Positions 17,129-26,799 of a DNA stretch of 64,000 bases are shown one piece after another. The stretch's first letter is position 1; each line of letters opens with the position of its first letter. Where the stretch lies: the IMG/VR virus record IMGVR_UViG_3300044695_006401; one strand, written 5' to 3'. The DNA comes from a virus. Lineage: Duplodnaviria > Caudoviricetes. The translations under genes were made by a program, and so were the position numbers. A model generated the notes under the pieces. That model did not search any database. It was given only the letters and a program-made list of their open reading frames with translations, and was not told the origin of the DNA.

Positions 17129-17864
17129 AAGATTTTATTGAGAACTTCAAAAAAGGTTTTGGGTTGAATAAATCAACATAGGAGTATTCTTTTGTTTCAA
17201 CATCATAAATTCCATACCCGTGTCTTTGGATACTTTCTCCTATGTTTTGTTGAATCGGACTTCCAATCATATACCCTTTACCTGTTTTGAATTTGAACTC
17301 TTGTCGTTTGTGAATATCTCCACATAACACTGCTTCAAGACCATCGAACTTTTCAACATCATAAGCCTCTTCACCAAAGTCAAATCCAAGGTCTGTTTTC
17401 ATACCTTGTATTGGTCCGTGAAACAATCCAATTCGTTTACCTTTTGATTCAGTAATATCAGGTGGAATGTTTCCTTGATATTGTGAATAAACACACCAAC
17501 TAATGTTCTCGTCTTCATAAACACCTCTGTCTTTGTAATAAACAATATTCTCACTATTAAGTGAATTAATAATTGGTGTTAGAGCATCCAATCTTTCTGT
17601 GTTGTTTACCAAAAAGTCGTGGTTACCAGGAATCAAGATTGTCTTTGCGATCTTAGAACATTCGGTTAAAACCCAAGCAACAATCTCAATAAGTTCAGGT
17701 GTCATTTGATTTTTAGAATGAACTAAATCACCTGTGAATACTATTCTATCCGGCTTAATTTGTTCGAATCGCGACAACATGTCGCGAATAATGTCGCGAT
17801 ACAAGTCGTGATCTTTAAATAAACGGATGTGTAAATCAGAAAAGTGTGTAAGTTTCTTAATCAT
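17085..17864 (-). CDS. sbcD: SbcD/Mre11 (T4 gp47-like) metallophosphoesterase nuclease, short C-terminus
   Basis: Five phosphoesterase motifs: SDLH, GDLVH, GNHD, FHG, GDIH. Confidence 0.9.
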   Translation of the reverse strand: MIKKLTHFSDLHIRLFKDHDLYRDIIRDMLSRFEQIKPDRIVFTGDLVHSKNQMTPELIEIVAWVLTECSKIAKTILIPGNHDFLVNNTERLDALTPIINSLNSENIVYYKDRGVYEDENISWCVYSQYQGNIPPDITESKGKRIGLFHGPIQGMKTDLGFDFGEEAYDVEKFDGLEAVLCGDIHKRQEFKFKTGKGYMIGSPIQQNIGESIQRHGYGIYDVETKEYSYVDLFNPKPFLKFSIKSFEDIENGTEKLQNA

Positions 17865-18105
17865 TTAACTGTGTTTTGTCTTCGCAATATACTTCGTATG
17901 GTGGTCTATATGGGTCACCAGAACTACCAGGAAAAGGATTAATTGGCATCGGAACTCGGTATGGTTCGGCAATACCGATCTTTGGTTCATCTTTAACCTC
18001 TTTCATCTTCTCTTGGATAGTCTCGATATCAATTTGTTTGAAATCTGTCCATCTTTTATTGGTCATAAATCCTTCCAACCAAATATAAAATTCTTTGTGT
18101 GTCAT
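17857..18105 (-). CDS. Hypothetical protein (82 aa)
   Basis: ORF track; ATGA-type overlaps. Confidence 0.65.
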   Translation of the reverse strand: MTHKEFYIWLEGFMTNKRWTDFKQIDIETIQEKMKEVKDEPKIGIAEPYRVPMPINPFPGSSGDPYRPPYEVYCEDKTQLND

Positions 18106-18248
18106 ACTAATTCTCTATTATAAAGGTTTGCTAATATAATTCTTGCGAATTTAAAATCTTTAGCTCTATTTAATTTTAGACCATATGCTAATCCAATACT
18201 TTTCAAGTATGGGTACGCTTCACTTATAGTCATTTTACCTATTTCCAT
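18102..18248 (-). CDS. Small hypothetical protein (start revised to ATG 18248, 48 aa)
   Basis: ATG lies 1 nt after the upstream TAA; the track's GTG start overlaps the previous gene by 44 nt. Confidence 0.5.
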   Translation of the reverse strand: MEIGKMTISEAYPYLKSIGLAYGLKLNRAKDFKFARIILANLYNRELV

Positions 18249-18249
18249 T

Positions 18250-18465
18250 TTAATCGAATAATTTGAAATCCTCGTTAACATGTCCACATTCATTGCACAT
18301 GTATGTAGGAAATGGTACTATAGTATCTTCAGAACTACCTGTTAATAGTTTAGGAACTTTTTTAAGCATTGTTACTTCTTTAAAAAAGACTCCCTCACAC
18401 TTTCCACATTGGATTGTTTGTTGTTGTCTCAAGTCAATTCTTGGTTTTATAATGTCTTCGCTCAT
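18250..18465 (-). CDS. Zinc-ribbon protein (71 aa)
   Basis: CGKC...CNECGH. Confidence 0.75.
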   Translation of the reverse strand: MSEDIIKPRIDLRQQQTIQCGKCEGVFFKEVTMLKKVPKLLTGSSEDTIVPFPTYMCNECGHVNEDFKLFD

Positions 18466-18554
18466 TTTATGATATAATTTATTTTTATTTTAAATGGTAA
18501 TTCTTGGTCCCAACTAGTTGTTGTATACCAAATTGGTGTTATAGTAGATTCCAT
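18462..18554 (-). CDS. Micro-ORF (30 aa, MESTITPIWYTTTSWDQELPFKIKINYIIK); missing from the track
   Basis: Fills the 18466-18567 gap; its TGA overlaps the next ATG (ATGA). Confidence 0.45.
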   Translation of the reverse strand: MESTITPIWYTTTSWDQELPFKIKINYIIK

Positions 18555-18567
18555 GTTATAATATAAT

Positions 18568-19437
18568 TTATTTATTTAATTTAGTCAAATACTTACTAAT
18601 ATCCATTTTTAATATTGTATCAACAACATCTCGTGGTATTCTATATTCTTTGAATTCGGTATCTTCAGTTAAATGGACAATGACTCCACCAAGTAATGGT
18701 ATGTTACCATACTTTGTCCCTTCCAACATTTTTAAGAGCAGTTTACCATAAAAAGGTAATTGGGTATTATAGTGCCCAAGTGCATTGTTAGGAAGGTTTT
18801 CAAAAGGTTTTTTCATAGGTTTGGTGTAGTCATTAACCTCCATATTTTTTTCCTTATTTGTCTTCCAATCGGTAATAACAATCCCAAACCCCGTTTTTAA
18901 TTTATTAAACATTAACCATACCTTATCGGGTTGTCCCGTATATCCAAGTTTAGGATGACCTAAGACAATCTCCGTGTCAAGTAATACAGCACCTCTTTCT
19001 TCCATTAGTGTTAAAAACTTCTTACCACCTTTAATCATTCGATCACCTTTCATCACTAATTCCAAGTCACACTCAAAAAGTGGTTGCCTCACTTCTTTAT
19101 CTAATTTAAATCTATTAACGGTTTCTAATTCAAGTTCATAATGAACTCTACTTCCCATATTTGTCGATATTAGACCACTTTGTTTCCACTCTTCTAAATA
19201 AGTGTGCATTAAATATGGATCACCTTTTGCCTTCCTTTTTGCCACTTCTTCTGTTGGAAACTCGTCATAAAACAACTTCATTACTTTTGATACCGATGGG
19301 AAGTCGTCTCTGACTTTACCATTAACATCCAACATTGTGTATCTATGATTATCTTCTTCAAAAGTTAATTGAAACTCTTGTTGTTTTTGTGATATAATAT
19401 CTCTTATTTCTTTTGCTATTTCTCTTAAATCTATCAT
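18568..19437 (-). CDS. PD-(D/E)XK nuclease family exonuclease
   Basis: GSRVHYELE, TEIVL, GQPD, ITDWKT and QLPFY motifs; no Cas4 Fe-S cysteines. Confidence 0.8.
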   Translation of the reverse strand: MIDLREIAKEIRDIISQKQQEFQLTFEEDNHRYTMLDVNGKVRDDFPSVSKVMKLFYDEFPTEEVAKRKAKGDPYLMHTYLEEWKQSGLISTNMGSRVHYELELETVNRFKLDKEVRQPLFECDLELVMKGDRMIKGGKKFLTLMEERGAVLLDTEIVLGHPKLGYTGQPDKVWLMFNKLKTGFGIVITDWKTNKEKNMEVNDYTKPMKKPFENLPNNALGHYNTQLPFYGKLLLKMLEGTKYGNIPLLGGVIVHLTEDTEFKEYRIPRDVVDTILKMDISKYLTKLNK

Positions 19438-20351
19438 TTGAATTCTATGTAATATTTTTCTATGTCACCTTTAAGATCACATACATCTTTATCTTTTGGT
19501 AGTTTCACTAACTTCACTCTATTGTATAGAGTCCCACCATTTAATTTATCATACAAGTTCTTTGCGTCGGTGTATGCATCACCATCCAAACAAACTATTA
19601 TATTCTTCTTTGCTTTGGAATACAATTTTTCCCATAAATTGTCAGTTAAAAACTTTCCCAATAGACATATTGAGTTATCCAAAAAGAAACTATCGAATAC
19701 ACCCTCAACAAGGTATATATCTTTTTTCCAATCAATTAAACTCTCGTTGAAAATTAAGAAGTCTTTTGATGCTTCAGGGTTTTTGTATTTTAATTTACTT
19801 CTTGGGTTCCAAGACCTTGATACAAAAAAGTTTAACTCACCTTTTTTATCAAATGATGGGACTATTATTCTACCAGAATATTCTCCTTCCAAACATAATC
19901 CAATTTGGTATTTCTCAATTATCTCGTCAGTAATACCTCTTTTTTTAAGGTAGTTTAAAGCTTCCTTTCTTGGAATATGAAGTGGGTGAACCTCATCAAA
20001 CTTTTTATATTCTTTTGGTAGTTCAAGTTTTTTATAAACTTTTTCTTTTTTTTCAAACTCATCAGGTCTAATTAACTTATAGATTTTCTTATCTTTTTTA
20101 TTACCAAACTTATCAATAAGTTTTCCTAAGTGACCATGAGTTCCGTGTGTTTCAGCACAAGCCCAACATTTATAAACATGTTGTTGGTAGTTGATTTCAA
20201 GATTACCCTTTCCATCCAATTTATCGAGTCCTTTTATGGTGTACGAGCAGACAGGACAATCTACCGAGATTTGTCCTCTGATTTCATTTATCATTTTTGG
20301 TTCTCCAAAAATGTTACCAATAAGATCTATGATTAGTTCTTCTGCTTCCAC
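19434..20351 (-). CDS. dnaG: DNA primase (zinc finger plus TOPRIM)
   Basis: CPVC...CWAC zinc finger, RIIVPS, LVEGVFD, LDGD, KDVCD. Confidence 0.9.
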   Translation of the reverse strand: MEAEELIIDLIGNIFGEPKMINEIRGQISVDCPVCSYTIKGLDKLDGKGNLEINYQQHVYKCWACAETHGTHGHLGKLIDKFGNKKDKKIYKLIRPDEFEKKEKVYKKLELPKEYKKFDEVHPLHIPRKEALNYLKKRGITDEIIEKYQIGLCLEGEYSGRIIVPSFDKKGELNFFVSRSWNPRSKLKYKNPEASKDFLIFNESLIDWKKDIYLVEGVFDSFFLDNSICLLGKFLTDNLWEKLYSKAKKNIIVCLDGDAYTDAKNLYDKLNGGTLYNRVKLVKLPKDKDVCDLKGDIEKYYIEFK

Positions 20352-20355
20352 CCCT

Positions 20356-20385
20356 AAAAGATAAGAATAATAAGGGGAATGTCAA
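20356..20385 (-). promoter_or_regulatory. Promoter TTGACA-N16-TATCTTTT, 4 nt before the primase GTG
   Basis: Equivalent to TTG-N19-TAnnTTT; same spacing as the ssb promoter. Confidence 0.65.
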
Positions 20386-20425
20386 TTACCGGTTTAAAAA
20401 CCGATTTTTTGTGGTAATAATAATT

Positions 20426-21028
20426 TTACCAAATTTTTTGTTCTTTCATATACCCAAGAACGCATGTGTAAGAATCGGCCATATCAAAACATTCTTTTTT
20501 CAATGTATTGTTTTTTGTAAAAAGCCATGTAATTTGTGGTTCCTTATCTGAAACCTTTTTCCAAATAATTTCCTTCTTATCGATATCTTTTGGTAATCCG
20601 CCAAATAACACATACTTGTCTTTATCATTTTTTTGAGTAAGATCAGGCCAAGCATATTTTCTAGAGTTATAGGTTGAGATATAATTTGGGATAATACCTA
20701 ATGTATCATAAATAGACTTAGTGATCATAGAGTTATATCTTAATAATGTACCCACTGTCCACACATTGTTTGAATTTAGGAGTGGTTCTTCAATAATCAC
20801 TTTAGTAATTCCTAAATTTCTATATCCCTCTAATTTTTCTTCAAAAGCAACTACTTTTAAAAGTAACTCTTCTATTTTATCTTCAGGTTTTGGTTTGATT
20901 ACCGGTGAAAAATGAGTTAGCTCAAGTAATTCTTTTGTTTGAATGTCGAACAATGACCATCCAATTGTTTTAGTGGAAATGTCCAAACCTAACACTTTAG
21001 GTGAATTTTTAAAATCTTGTTTTGTCAT
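20426..21028 (-). CDS. ruvC: RuvC-like Holliday junction resolvase
   Basis: VLGLDISTKTIGW, IIEEP and DMADS acidic catalytic residues. Confidence 0.8.
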   Translation of the reverse strand: MTKQDFKNSPKVLGLDISTKTIGWSLFDIQTKELLELTHFSPVIKPKPEDKIEELLLKVVAFEEKLEGYRNLGITKVIIEEPLLNSNNVWTVGTLLRYNSMITKSIYDTLGIIPNYISTYNSRKYAWPDLTQKNDKDKYVLFGGLPKDIDKKEIIWKKVSDKEPQITWLFTKNNTLKKECFDMADSYTCVLGYMKEQKIW

Positions 21029-21034
21029 AACTAA

Positions 21035-23245
21035 TTAGAAATCCAATTTAACAGGATACTGTTGTATACCCTGTCTTTTTTCAGGGGACTGTATCTTAGA
21101 AATAACCATAAGTTCTTTTTGGTCATTGTAAAGAGCAACCTCAGTTACATAAGGTGCTGTTCCGTCCCATGTAGGATTTGTTGAGTTTAGAAATTGTGTT
21201 TGTCCTAAATTACAAAGGAAGTTCATAACATAAATTGTTGCCTGAATATCAGTCTTCAATACGCCGTAAAAATAATATTCTCCACCAAAATTCAAAGTTA
21301 CTCCTGTTGAACCCAAACTTGGTAAGTCAATGTAATTTGTTAGATCATATGTTGGCGCATTATCGTACATATCTTTAGTGATTTGTATCGTAGATCCAGT
21401 TAAACCACTCACAGTTAAAAATCCATTAGTTGTTGACGCAGATAATTGAGTCATAACATCAATTTCTTTCCATGCTGTTGAGTTCGGTCTTGTCGTACCA
21501 CTACTAACCTTTTGTACTAAAACTTTCATTTGATTCGCAGTGTATCCTGTAGGTATTGTTGAAGTATTTGAAATTAAGAAAGGAAATTCATTTCCAAATT
21601 TTAAGAATATATTATATGTAGGTTGATTAGGGTCAAATAAAACAGGATTAACTCTAGTGTAGTAATTACAATGTAATGAATTTGTAAATGCCGAATTATT
21701 AAATCTGTAAGTCACAAATACTGACTCTGTATTAGCACTCAAAAGTCCTTCATCTTCACCTAATACGCCTTCACATGCGTTTGGTATTATGGTTCCTATT
21801 TTAGGTGCTGGTAATGTCCAAGATCTATTTGATTTATAACTCAATGCCGCCACGATTTCATCGTCATCAAAAATAACCATTTTATAATCAGGGAAAACTT
21901 TACCAACTCTACTTGGTTTTCCATCCGCATTCGCGTGTGTATCCCATAGGTAATAATATCTCAAACCAGGATTATTAAATTGTGCATCTTTTTTTGATTT
22001 TATGTATTGAGCTTCGAACAGATTTTGACTAGTGAATCCAGATGGGTCTGTGTAAAAATCTTGTCCTATTGTTGCGTTGGTGTTCTTATGCCACATTAAC
22101 CATGGAATACTTATCTTGAAGTTTCTGGCTTGTCCAGTCCCACCAGGGTTTGTATCATCATACGGTTGTTGTGCAAATTTTTCACCATAAAAGTTATCTA
22201 TCGCTTGATTTGTATAGTGTATAATGGCAATTGATTTTTGATCACTCGGACTAAGGATAATGTTTTGATCGAGTGAGTTAGTAAAATAAACAGATCCTGT
22301 ATCAACTTGACCGCTATTAGAAGTGTATCCGAAATATTCTTTTGAACCTGTATAACCTGTGGACTTATAGTAATTAAAATCTTGAACATTGTTTGGGAAT
22401 ACTCCGGCCGGTGACTCAGTCCATGGAATATTCATATTCCAAACTTTAACATCAGATTGGGATACATCACAGTTTGTTTCGTAATTAAATACATTTGATG
22501 CCCAATATATTTGTGGTGTAATGGAATCGTACAATGAGGTCATCCCTGATGGATAAAACAAAGCATATGATGTTCCAGAATAACCCATAGTACTAAAATT
22601 AGGCACATCTCTATCAAGTTGTACTGTGACAGTAGTATTTCCAGATGTGTTTCCAGTAATAGCAACTACAGTATATGTAAACATGGATGAATTACCACTT
22701 ACAGGAGTGATTGAGTTAGTCGTAAACAATGTTAAAAACATACCAGGTGTCACCGTACCCGACACAGTTGGTGCTAAGGATCCTAAGTTAATAGTTATTG
22801 TATTACCTGATGTAAGTCCAGAATTAAACACATAATAGTTAGGATTAATAGTATATGCGGAAGAAGTATAAGCACTAAAGTTAAATGTCGATGCGGTCGA
22901 TCCTGTAAAAAAACCTCTTGGCGCTGCAGAGTTATAAATATTATCAACATATGATGCATCATATGGTATACCATAGGTGGATCCTGAAGTCGAGTCTAAA
23001 AATAAAGGATATTTAACATGGTGTCTATTACTTTCTGGTGCCGGTGTCAAGTTTTGAGCGTTATACTGTGGCATCAAAACATTCAACTGAGAAGGTACTA
23101 AATTGTCTATCGTGTTGTAAGAAACTTCACTATCACCAACTTGAAAATAAGAGATGTTGAAATTTCCTTGGGACATCCTTTTTCTAGCAGCATCCGTTAA
23201 AATCGTACTAATTAATGGTCCTGTTATTTTATTAATATATGACAT
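21035..23245 (-). CDS. Tail/baseplate structural protein (736 aa)
   Basis: N-terminal ILTDAARKRM...YFQVGDSE and C-terminal VTEVALYNDQKELMVISK resemble the two halves of a tail-fibre attachment (P2 gpH N-terminal/DUF3751-like) fold; Thr/Ser/Gly/Asn-rich. Confidence 0.6.
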   Translation of the reverse strand: MSYINKITGPLISTILTDAARKRMSQGNFNISYFQVGDSEVSYNTIDNLVPSQLNVLMPQYNAQNLTPAPESNRHHVKYPLFLDSTSGSTYGIPYDASYVDNIYNSAAPRGFFTGSTASTFNFSAYTSSAYTINPNYYVFNSGLTSGNTITINLGSLAPTVSGTVTPGMFLTLFTTNSITPVSGNSSMFTYTVVAITGNTSGNTTVTVQLDRDVPNFSTMGYSGTSYALFYPSGMTSLYDSITPQIYWASNVFNYETNCDVSQSDVKVWNMNIPWTESPAGVFPNNVQDFNYYKSTGYTGSKEYFGYTSNSGQVDTGSVYFTNSLDQNIILSPSDQKSIAIIHYTNQAIDNFYGEKFAQQPYDDTNPGGTGQARNFKISIPWLMWHKNTNATIGQDFYTDPSGFTSQNLFEAQYIKSKKDAQFNNPGLRYYYLWDTHANADGKPSRVGKVFPDYKMVIFDDDEIVAALSYKSNRSWTLPAPKIGTIIPNACEGVLGEDEGLLSANTESVFVTYRFNNSAFTNSLHCNYYTRVNPVLFDPNQPTYNIFLKFGNEFPFLISNTSTIPTGYTANQMKVLVQKVSSGTTRPNSTAWKEIDVMTQLSASTTNGFLTVSGLTGSTIQITKDMYDNAPTYDLTNYIDLPSLGSTGVTLNFGGEYYFYGVLKTDIQATIYVMNFLCNLGQTQFLNSTNPTWDGTAPYVTEVALYNDQKELMVISKIQSPEKRQGIQQYPVKLDF

Positions 23246-23249
23246 ATTT

Positions 23250-23257
23250 TATAAATA
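23250..23257 (-). promoter_or_regulatory. TATTTATA motif, 4 nt before ATG 23245
   Basis: Recurrent motif; leaderless geometry. Confidence 0.5.
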
Positions 23258-23271
23258 CTTTATTTTTTTAT

Positions 23272-24897
23272 TTATCCCGCAATTGATACATTACCACCAG
23301 GACTAATCAATACAATAGATTGTCTAAAGTTACTAAACGATATAGGTGATACGGAAGTGTTTATACTTTCGCAAATATTTTGATTCACTAAAGTTATATT
23401 CGAAAGGGAGATACTATCTGCAGTTTCACCAAAGTTCGTACAAGGGAATGTACTATCAGCCGTACTAATAGTTGATACTACATTACTACTAACCGTTCCT
23501 GCTCCAACAATTCTAGCACTGTAAGTTCTTGTTCTAGCACTTGTCTGATATGATATATAGTTAGTACTCGAATTACAAGCGTTTGTTGTTGATACTGATG
23601 ATGTAATTGTGGAAGCTGAAGATAAATATTGACCTCCACCTGTCGTACCTGTTGTAACACTATGTACTATTGTAGGTGTTATGTTTGTTATTCCTCTTGT
23701 AAAATTAGTTACATGTGTCACATTAAACAATAATTGTCTACCCGCAGGTAAAGATGGCGACACACTTACTACCCAATTATAAACCTTAGATACACTACCT
23801 GTCGATGTGGTTGTTTGTCCATTAGTTGGTACAAAATTTAAGGAAACAGTATATTGGGTTACACTTGTGGATGATTGGAGGTTGACGGCATTTGCCGATA
23901 TGTTCCCATCAAAATCTTGTACATAAACAGTATATACACCATTAGATAAGTTTGTAAATGAGTTTGATACTTGGTAAGATGCTGGTGTATTAATCAATGA
24001 ATATGTATATGGTGGGTCTCCACCAATAACATTACTTACTTGTATACTTCCATTAGATGCTGCTGTACAACTTGGGTTATTTGTGGTAATAATTGCCGAA
24101 ATTGTGGCTGAACAGTTACCTAAACTCACCGAAACAGTTCTACTACTTCCTAAAACATTCCAAATTCCAATTGGTGGACTGACTGCCGATGGTAATGAAG
24201 GTTGACCATTAAGTTGCCAACCATTTATCATCCACATGGTGTTTGCCGTGTTGTAATACATTGTTTGAGACGGTGTGGAGGCAGTCCAAGAAGGGTAACC
24301 ATTTATTGTTCCACCTGAAAGAAACTGATACTGTGTTTGTGAACCTTGGTAATTTGAGGTCACACATAATCCTGAAACATTCAACAACGCAGGAACTGTT
24401 GGTAAACATTCCCCACAAGAATCAAAAGGACCTGAAACAAATACAGGTTCATAATTATAATAAGTTTGATTAGTATACAATATTACTCCTGTTCTATTCC
24501 AACACCCACTCTGACCATTAATACTGTAAACCTCATCTATAACATATTGACTTTGTGTGATATCTGCTAAATAAAAAATAACATTTGTGGGATCAATACA
24601 GTTTTCAAATCTTTGTAAATAAAAAGTATCAAACTCAACAGTACATGTTGTAGTTGCACTAAAATCACCATAATAATCAACAACTGTTGCGGTATAGTCA
24701 CCAAATTGTAGGTTTGTAATATTTTGATTTGCCGATCCATTGCTCCATGTAACAGAGTATGGTGGTGTTCCACCAGTGATTATTAAGTTAATTGCACCGT
24801 CCTGAGTAAAAGGGGTATATGCATCTGTAACCACACATTCTACTCCCATAGGAAATAATGTTATTACTTGACAAGAATTACCAGATAAAGCAGGCAT
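23272..24897 (-). CDS. Cys-rich SprB-repeat tail-associated protein (541 aa)
   Basis: DGAINLIITGGTPPYSVTWSNG...NLQFGDYTATVVD and PSCTAASNGSIQVSNVIGGDPPYTYS...GVYTVYVQD. Confidence 0.7.
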   Translation of the reverse strand: MPALSGNSCQVITLFPMGVECVVTDAYTPFTQDGAINLIITGGTPPYSVTWSNGSANQNITNLQFGDYTATVVDYYGDFSATTTCTVEFDTFYLQRFENCIDPTNVIFYLADITQSQYVIDEVYSINGQSGCWNRTGVILYTNQTYYNYEPVFVSGPFDSCGECLPTVPALLNVSGLCVTSNYQGSQTQYQFLSGGTINGYPSWTASTPSQTMYYNTANTMWMINGWQLNGQPSLPSAVSPPIGIWNVLGSSRTVSVSLGNCSATISAIITTNNPSCTAASNGSIQVSNVIGGDPPYTYSLINTPASYQVSNSFTNLSNGVYTVYVQDFDGNISANAVNLQSSTSVTQYTVSLNFVPTNGQTTTSTGSVSKVYNWVVSVSPSLPAGRQLLFNVTHVTNFTRGITNITPTIVHSVTTGTTGGGQYLSSASTITSSVSTTNACNSSTNYISYQTSARTRTYSARIVGAGTVSSNVVSTISTADSTFPCTNFGETADSISLSNITLVNQNICESINTSVSPISFSNFRQSIVLISPGGNVSIAG

Positions 24898-24908
24898 CTA
24901 ACAAATTA

Positions 24909-25130
24909 TTAAGTATAAACAGCACAAAAGGTACATCCATTTGCACTATTCAATTTTATCGCATATTGCGTGGCAACTTCATATACTGAGGGTAATGTGA
25001 AGGTGTGTGGTAACGAGTTAATTGTCTTAATATATTGACAACTTGATGTCGTGGAACAATCATCACAAATCCATAAATCTATTGGTGTTGTTGCCCCTGT
25101 TACTGATTGTATTGTTACTGATGTACTCAT
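24909..25130 (-). CDS. Small Cys-rich tail-associated protein (73 aa)
   Basis: Paralogous to 33711..33989 and to the N-terminus of 31029..32165. Confidence 0.7.
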   Translation of the reverse strand: MSTSVTIQSVTGATTPIDLWICDDCSTTSSCQYIKTINSLPHTFTLPSVYEVATQYAIKLNSANGCTFCAVYT

Positions 25131-25133
25131 AAA

Positions 25134-26744
25134 TTAACAATTTCCATTTACTCTACAAAACTGTGTTATTTGTCCATTTACATCAACAGAATATATGAAT
25201 CCATTATATCTAATATAGTCTTCAATTATTGGTTCAGTAAGAGAACTATCTTGATAAATAAAGTTTCCTGTTTCTAAAGTGTCAACCGTAGATGAAGTAT
25301 AGAATGTTAGATTAGTACCTCCGTCCGTCAACTGACAAACAGGACACGATACACTAAAACCACCTTGAGCTGACCAAGATTTATATGTAAATGTTGGCGT
25401 TGGTGTTGGTGTTAAACACTCAAGACATGTCACATATGTTGTTGCAGTTGAAGCGGTAAATATTGGTTGGTTTGACCATTTGTAACCACTTGGTGGTGAA
25501 TACCTAACAAAGAACCCAATATATGTAAAACATCCAATATTTTGATCTTTGATTATATCACCAATGTTCACATTACTTGGTGGTGTTTCATCTTGTACAA
25601 TCATCAGATTATTATTACACCCTGTGAATACAAATTGAGTATACGGTTCATAAGTCACAACAGGTGTTGGTGTTGGGCTCGAAGTTGGTGTAGGTGTTGG
25701 TGTTGCGGTAGGAGTAGGTGTTGGTGTTGGTGTGACACATCCAACACATGACCCATATGTTGCCAAAATAGAATTTAAATAGTTTGACGGGCTACCTGCA
25801 ATATCTTCAGTGTATGTGACACATCTGACTTGATTATCAATTCTTGCTTGTAATGTAGTTCCTGTCGCAATAGTCGTTGTACCACTAATTATTGGTCCAC
25901 CCACATAATAAATCTGACCATTATTACAATCTTCCAATACTTTTATTGTTGGGCAATTAAAATATCCTTGTTCAACCACAAATACAACACTCTCACCAGT
26001 TATTGTGTACTGATAGTTTGGTGTTGGTGTAGGTGTTGGGGTAGGTGTAGGTGTTGGGGTAGTGACTGCACTAAATGTAATTGTAGCCGTAAAAACACAA
26101 GGTGTTGGCGTAGGTGTCGGTGTTGGTGTCGGAGTAGGACTAGATGTAGGTGTCGGTGTTGGTGTGGGTGTTACAAAATCACAATCTAATGAAGCGTTAA
26201 AAGTTAGTCCTGAACAAGGGTTTGCCGGTGTTGGGGTCGGTAAGCAAGATCCTGTATAGGAAATTGTTTCACTTAGATCTGGACAGGTCGCATTAGTTGG
26301 TTGTGACCCAAAAAAGTAACATGTCCCAGATAAGGAATTACTAAGACACCAACGAGTTCCCGTAAAATAAACAAAACCATTTGTCGATCCTGTCCAATAC
26401 GGGTATCCGCCATTAGTTCCGGCAACTTCATAAACACCACTATACCCACTATAGGTATCGTTGTTTATTGTGATACAAATTTCATTACTACAAAAAGCAG
26501 AAGAGTTACAAGCAGTTGCAGAACAATTAGCTTGTAATGTATAAACCCCATCGGGCACAAAACTCACACTTGTATAACCTGATGTGAACGCAGAAACAAT
26601 CGTATAACAACCATTAGGAACGGTTGTGTCTGATTGAAAGGAAAAAACTGATGTTACTGCGGAAGTCGCCCCTGTCCAATTACTCTCATCGGTAAAGAAC
26701 TGATATCCAGGATAATAACAACCTTCAAATAAAATATTTGCCAT
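25134..26744 (-). CDS. Cys-rich multidomain virion protein with five (Thr-Pro)n linkers (536 aa)
   Basis: TP tracts at about 25395-25412, 25663-25735, 26018-26054, 26098-26172 and 26225-26243, separating Cys-paired modules. Confidence 0.75.
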   Translation of the reverse strand: MANILFEGCYYPGYQFFTDESNWTGATSAVTSVFSFQSDTTVPNGCYTIVSAFTSGYTSVSFVPDGVYTLQANCSATACNSSAFCSNEICITINNDTYSGYSGVYEVAGTNGGYPYWTGSTNGFVYFTGTRWCLSNSLSGTCYFFGSQPTNATCPDLSETISYTGSCLPTPTPANPCSGLTFNASLDCDFVTPTPTPTPTSSPTPTPTPTPTPTPCVFTATITFSAVTTPTPTPTPTPTPTPNYQYTITGESVVFVVEQGYFNCPTIKVLEDCNNGQIYYVGGPIISGTTTIATGTTLQARIDNQVRCVTYTEDIAGSPSNYLNSILATYGSCVGCVTPTPTPTPTATPTPTPTSSPTPTPVVTYEPYTQFVFTGCNNNLMIVQDETPPSNVNIGDIIKDQNIGCFTYIGFFVRYSPPSGYKWSNQPIFTASTATTYVTCLECLTPTPTPTFTYKSWSAQGGFSVSCPVCQLTDGGTNLTFYTSSTVDTLETGNFIYQDSSLTEPIIEDYIRYNGFIYSVDVNGQITQFCRVNGNC

Positions 26745-26762
26745 TTAGGTTTAACTTTATTA

Positions 26763-26770
26763 TATAAATA
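26763..26770 (-). promoter_or_regulatory. TATTTATA motif restarting structural genes after the GT cassette
   Basis: 18 nt upstream of ATG 26744. Confidence 0.5.
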
Positions 26771-26799
26771 ATCAAATATTCGTTTTATTAAAGATTTTA

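Noticed and set aside
18568-19437. PD-(D/E)XK nuclease as Cas4 / CRISPR system
   Set aside because: No four-Cys Fe-S cluster, no other cas genes and no repeat-spacer array seen in the window.
20388-20410. Small hairpin CGGTT-TAAA-AACCG between ruvC and the primase promoter
   Set aside because: The stem is only 5-6 bp and the T run is on the plus strand, where no gene ends; too weak to call.
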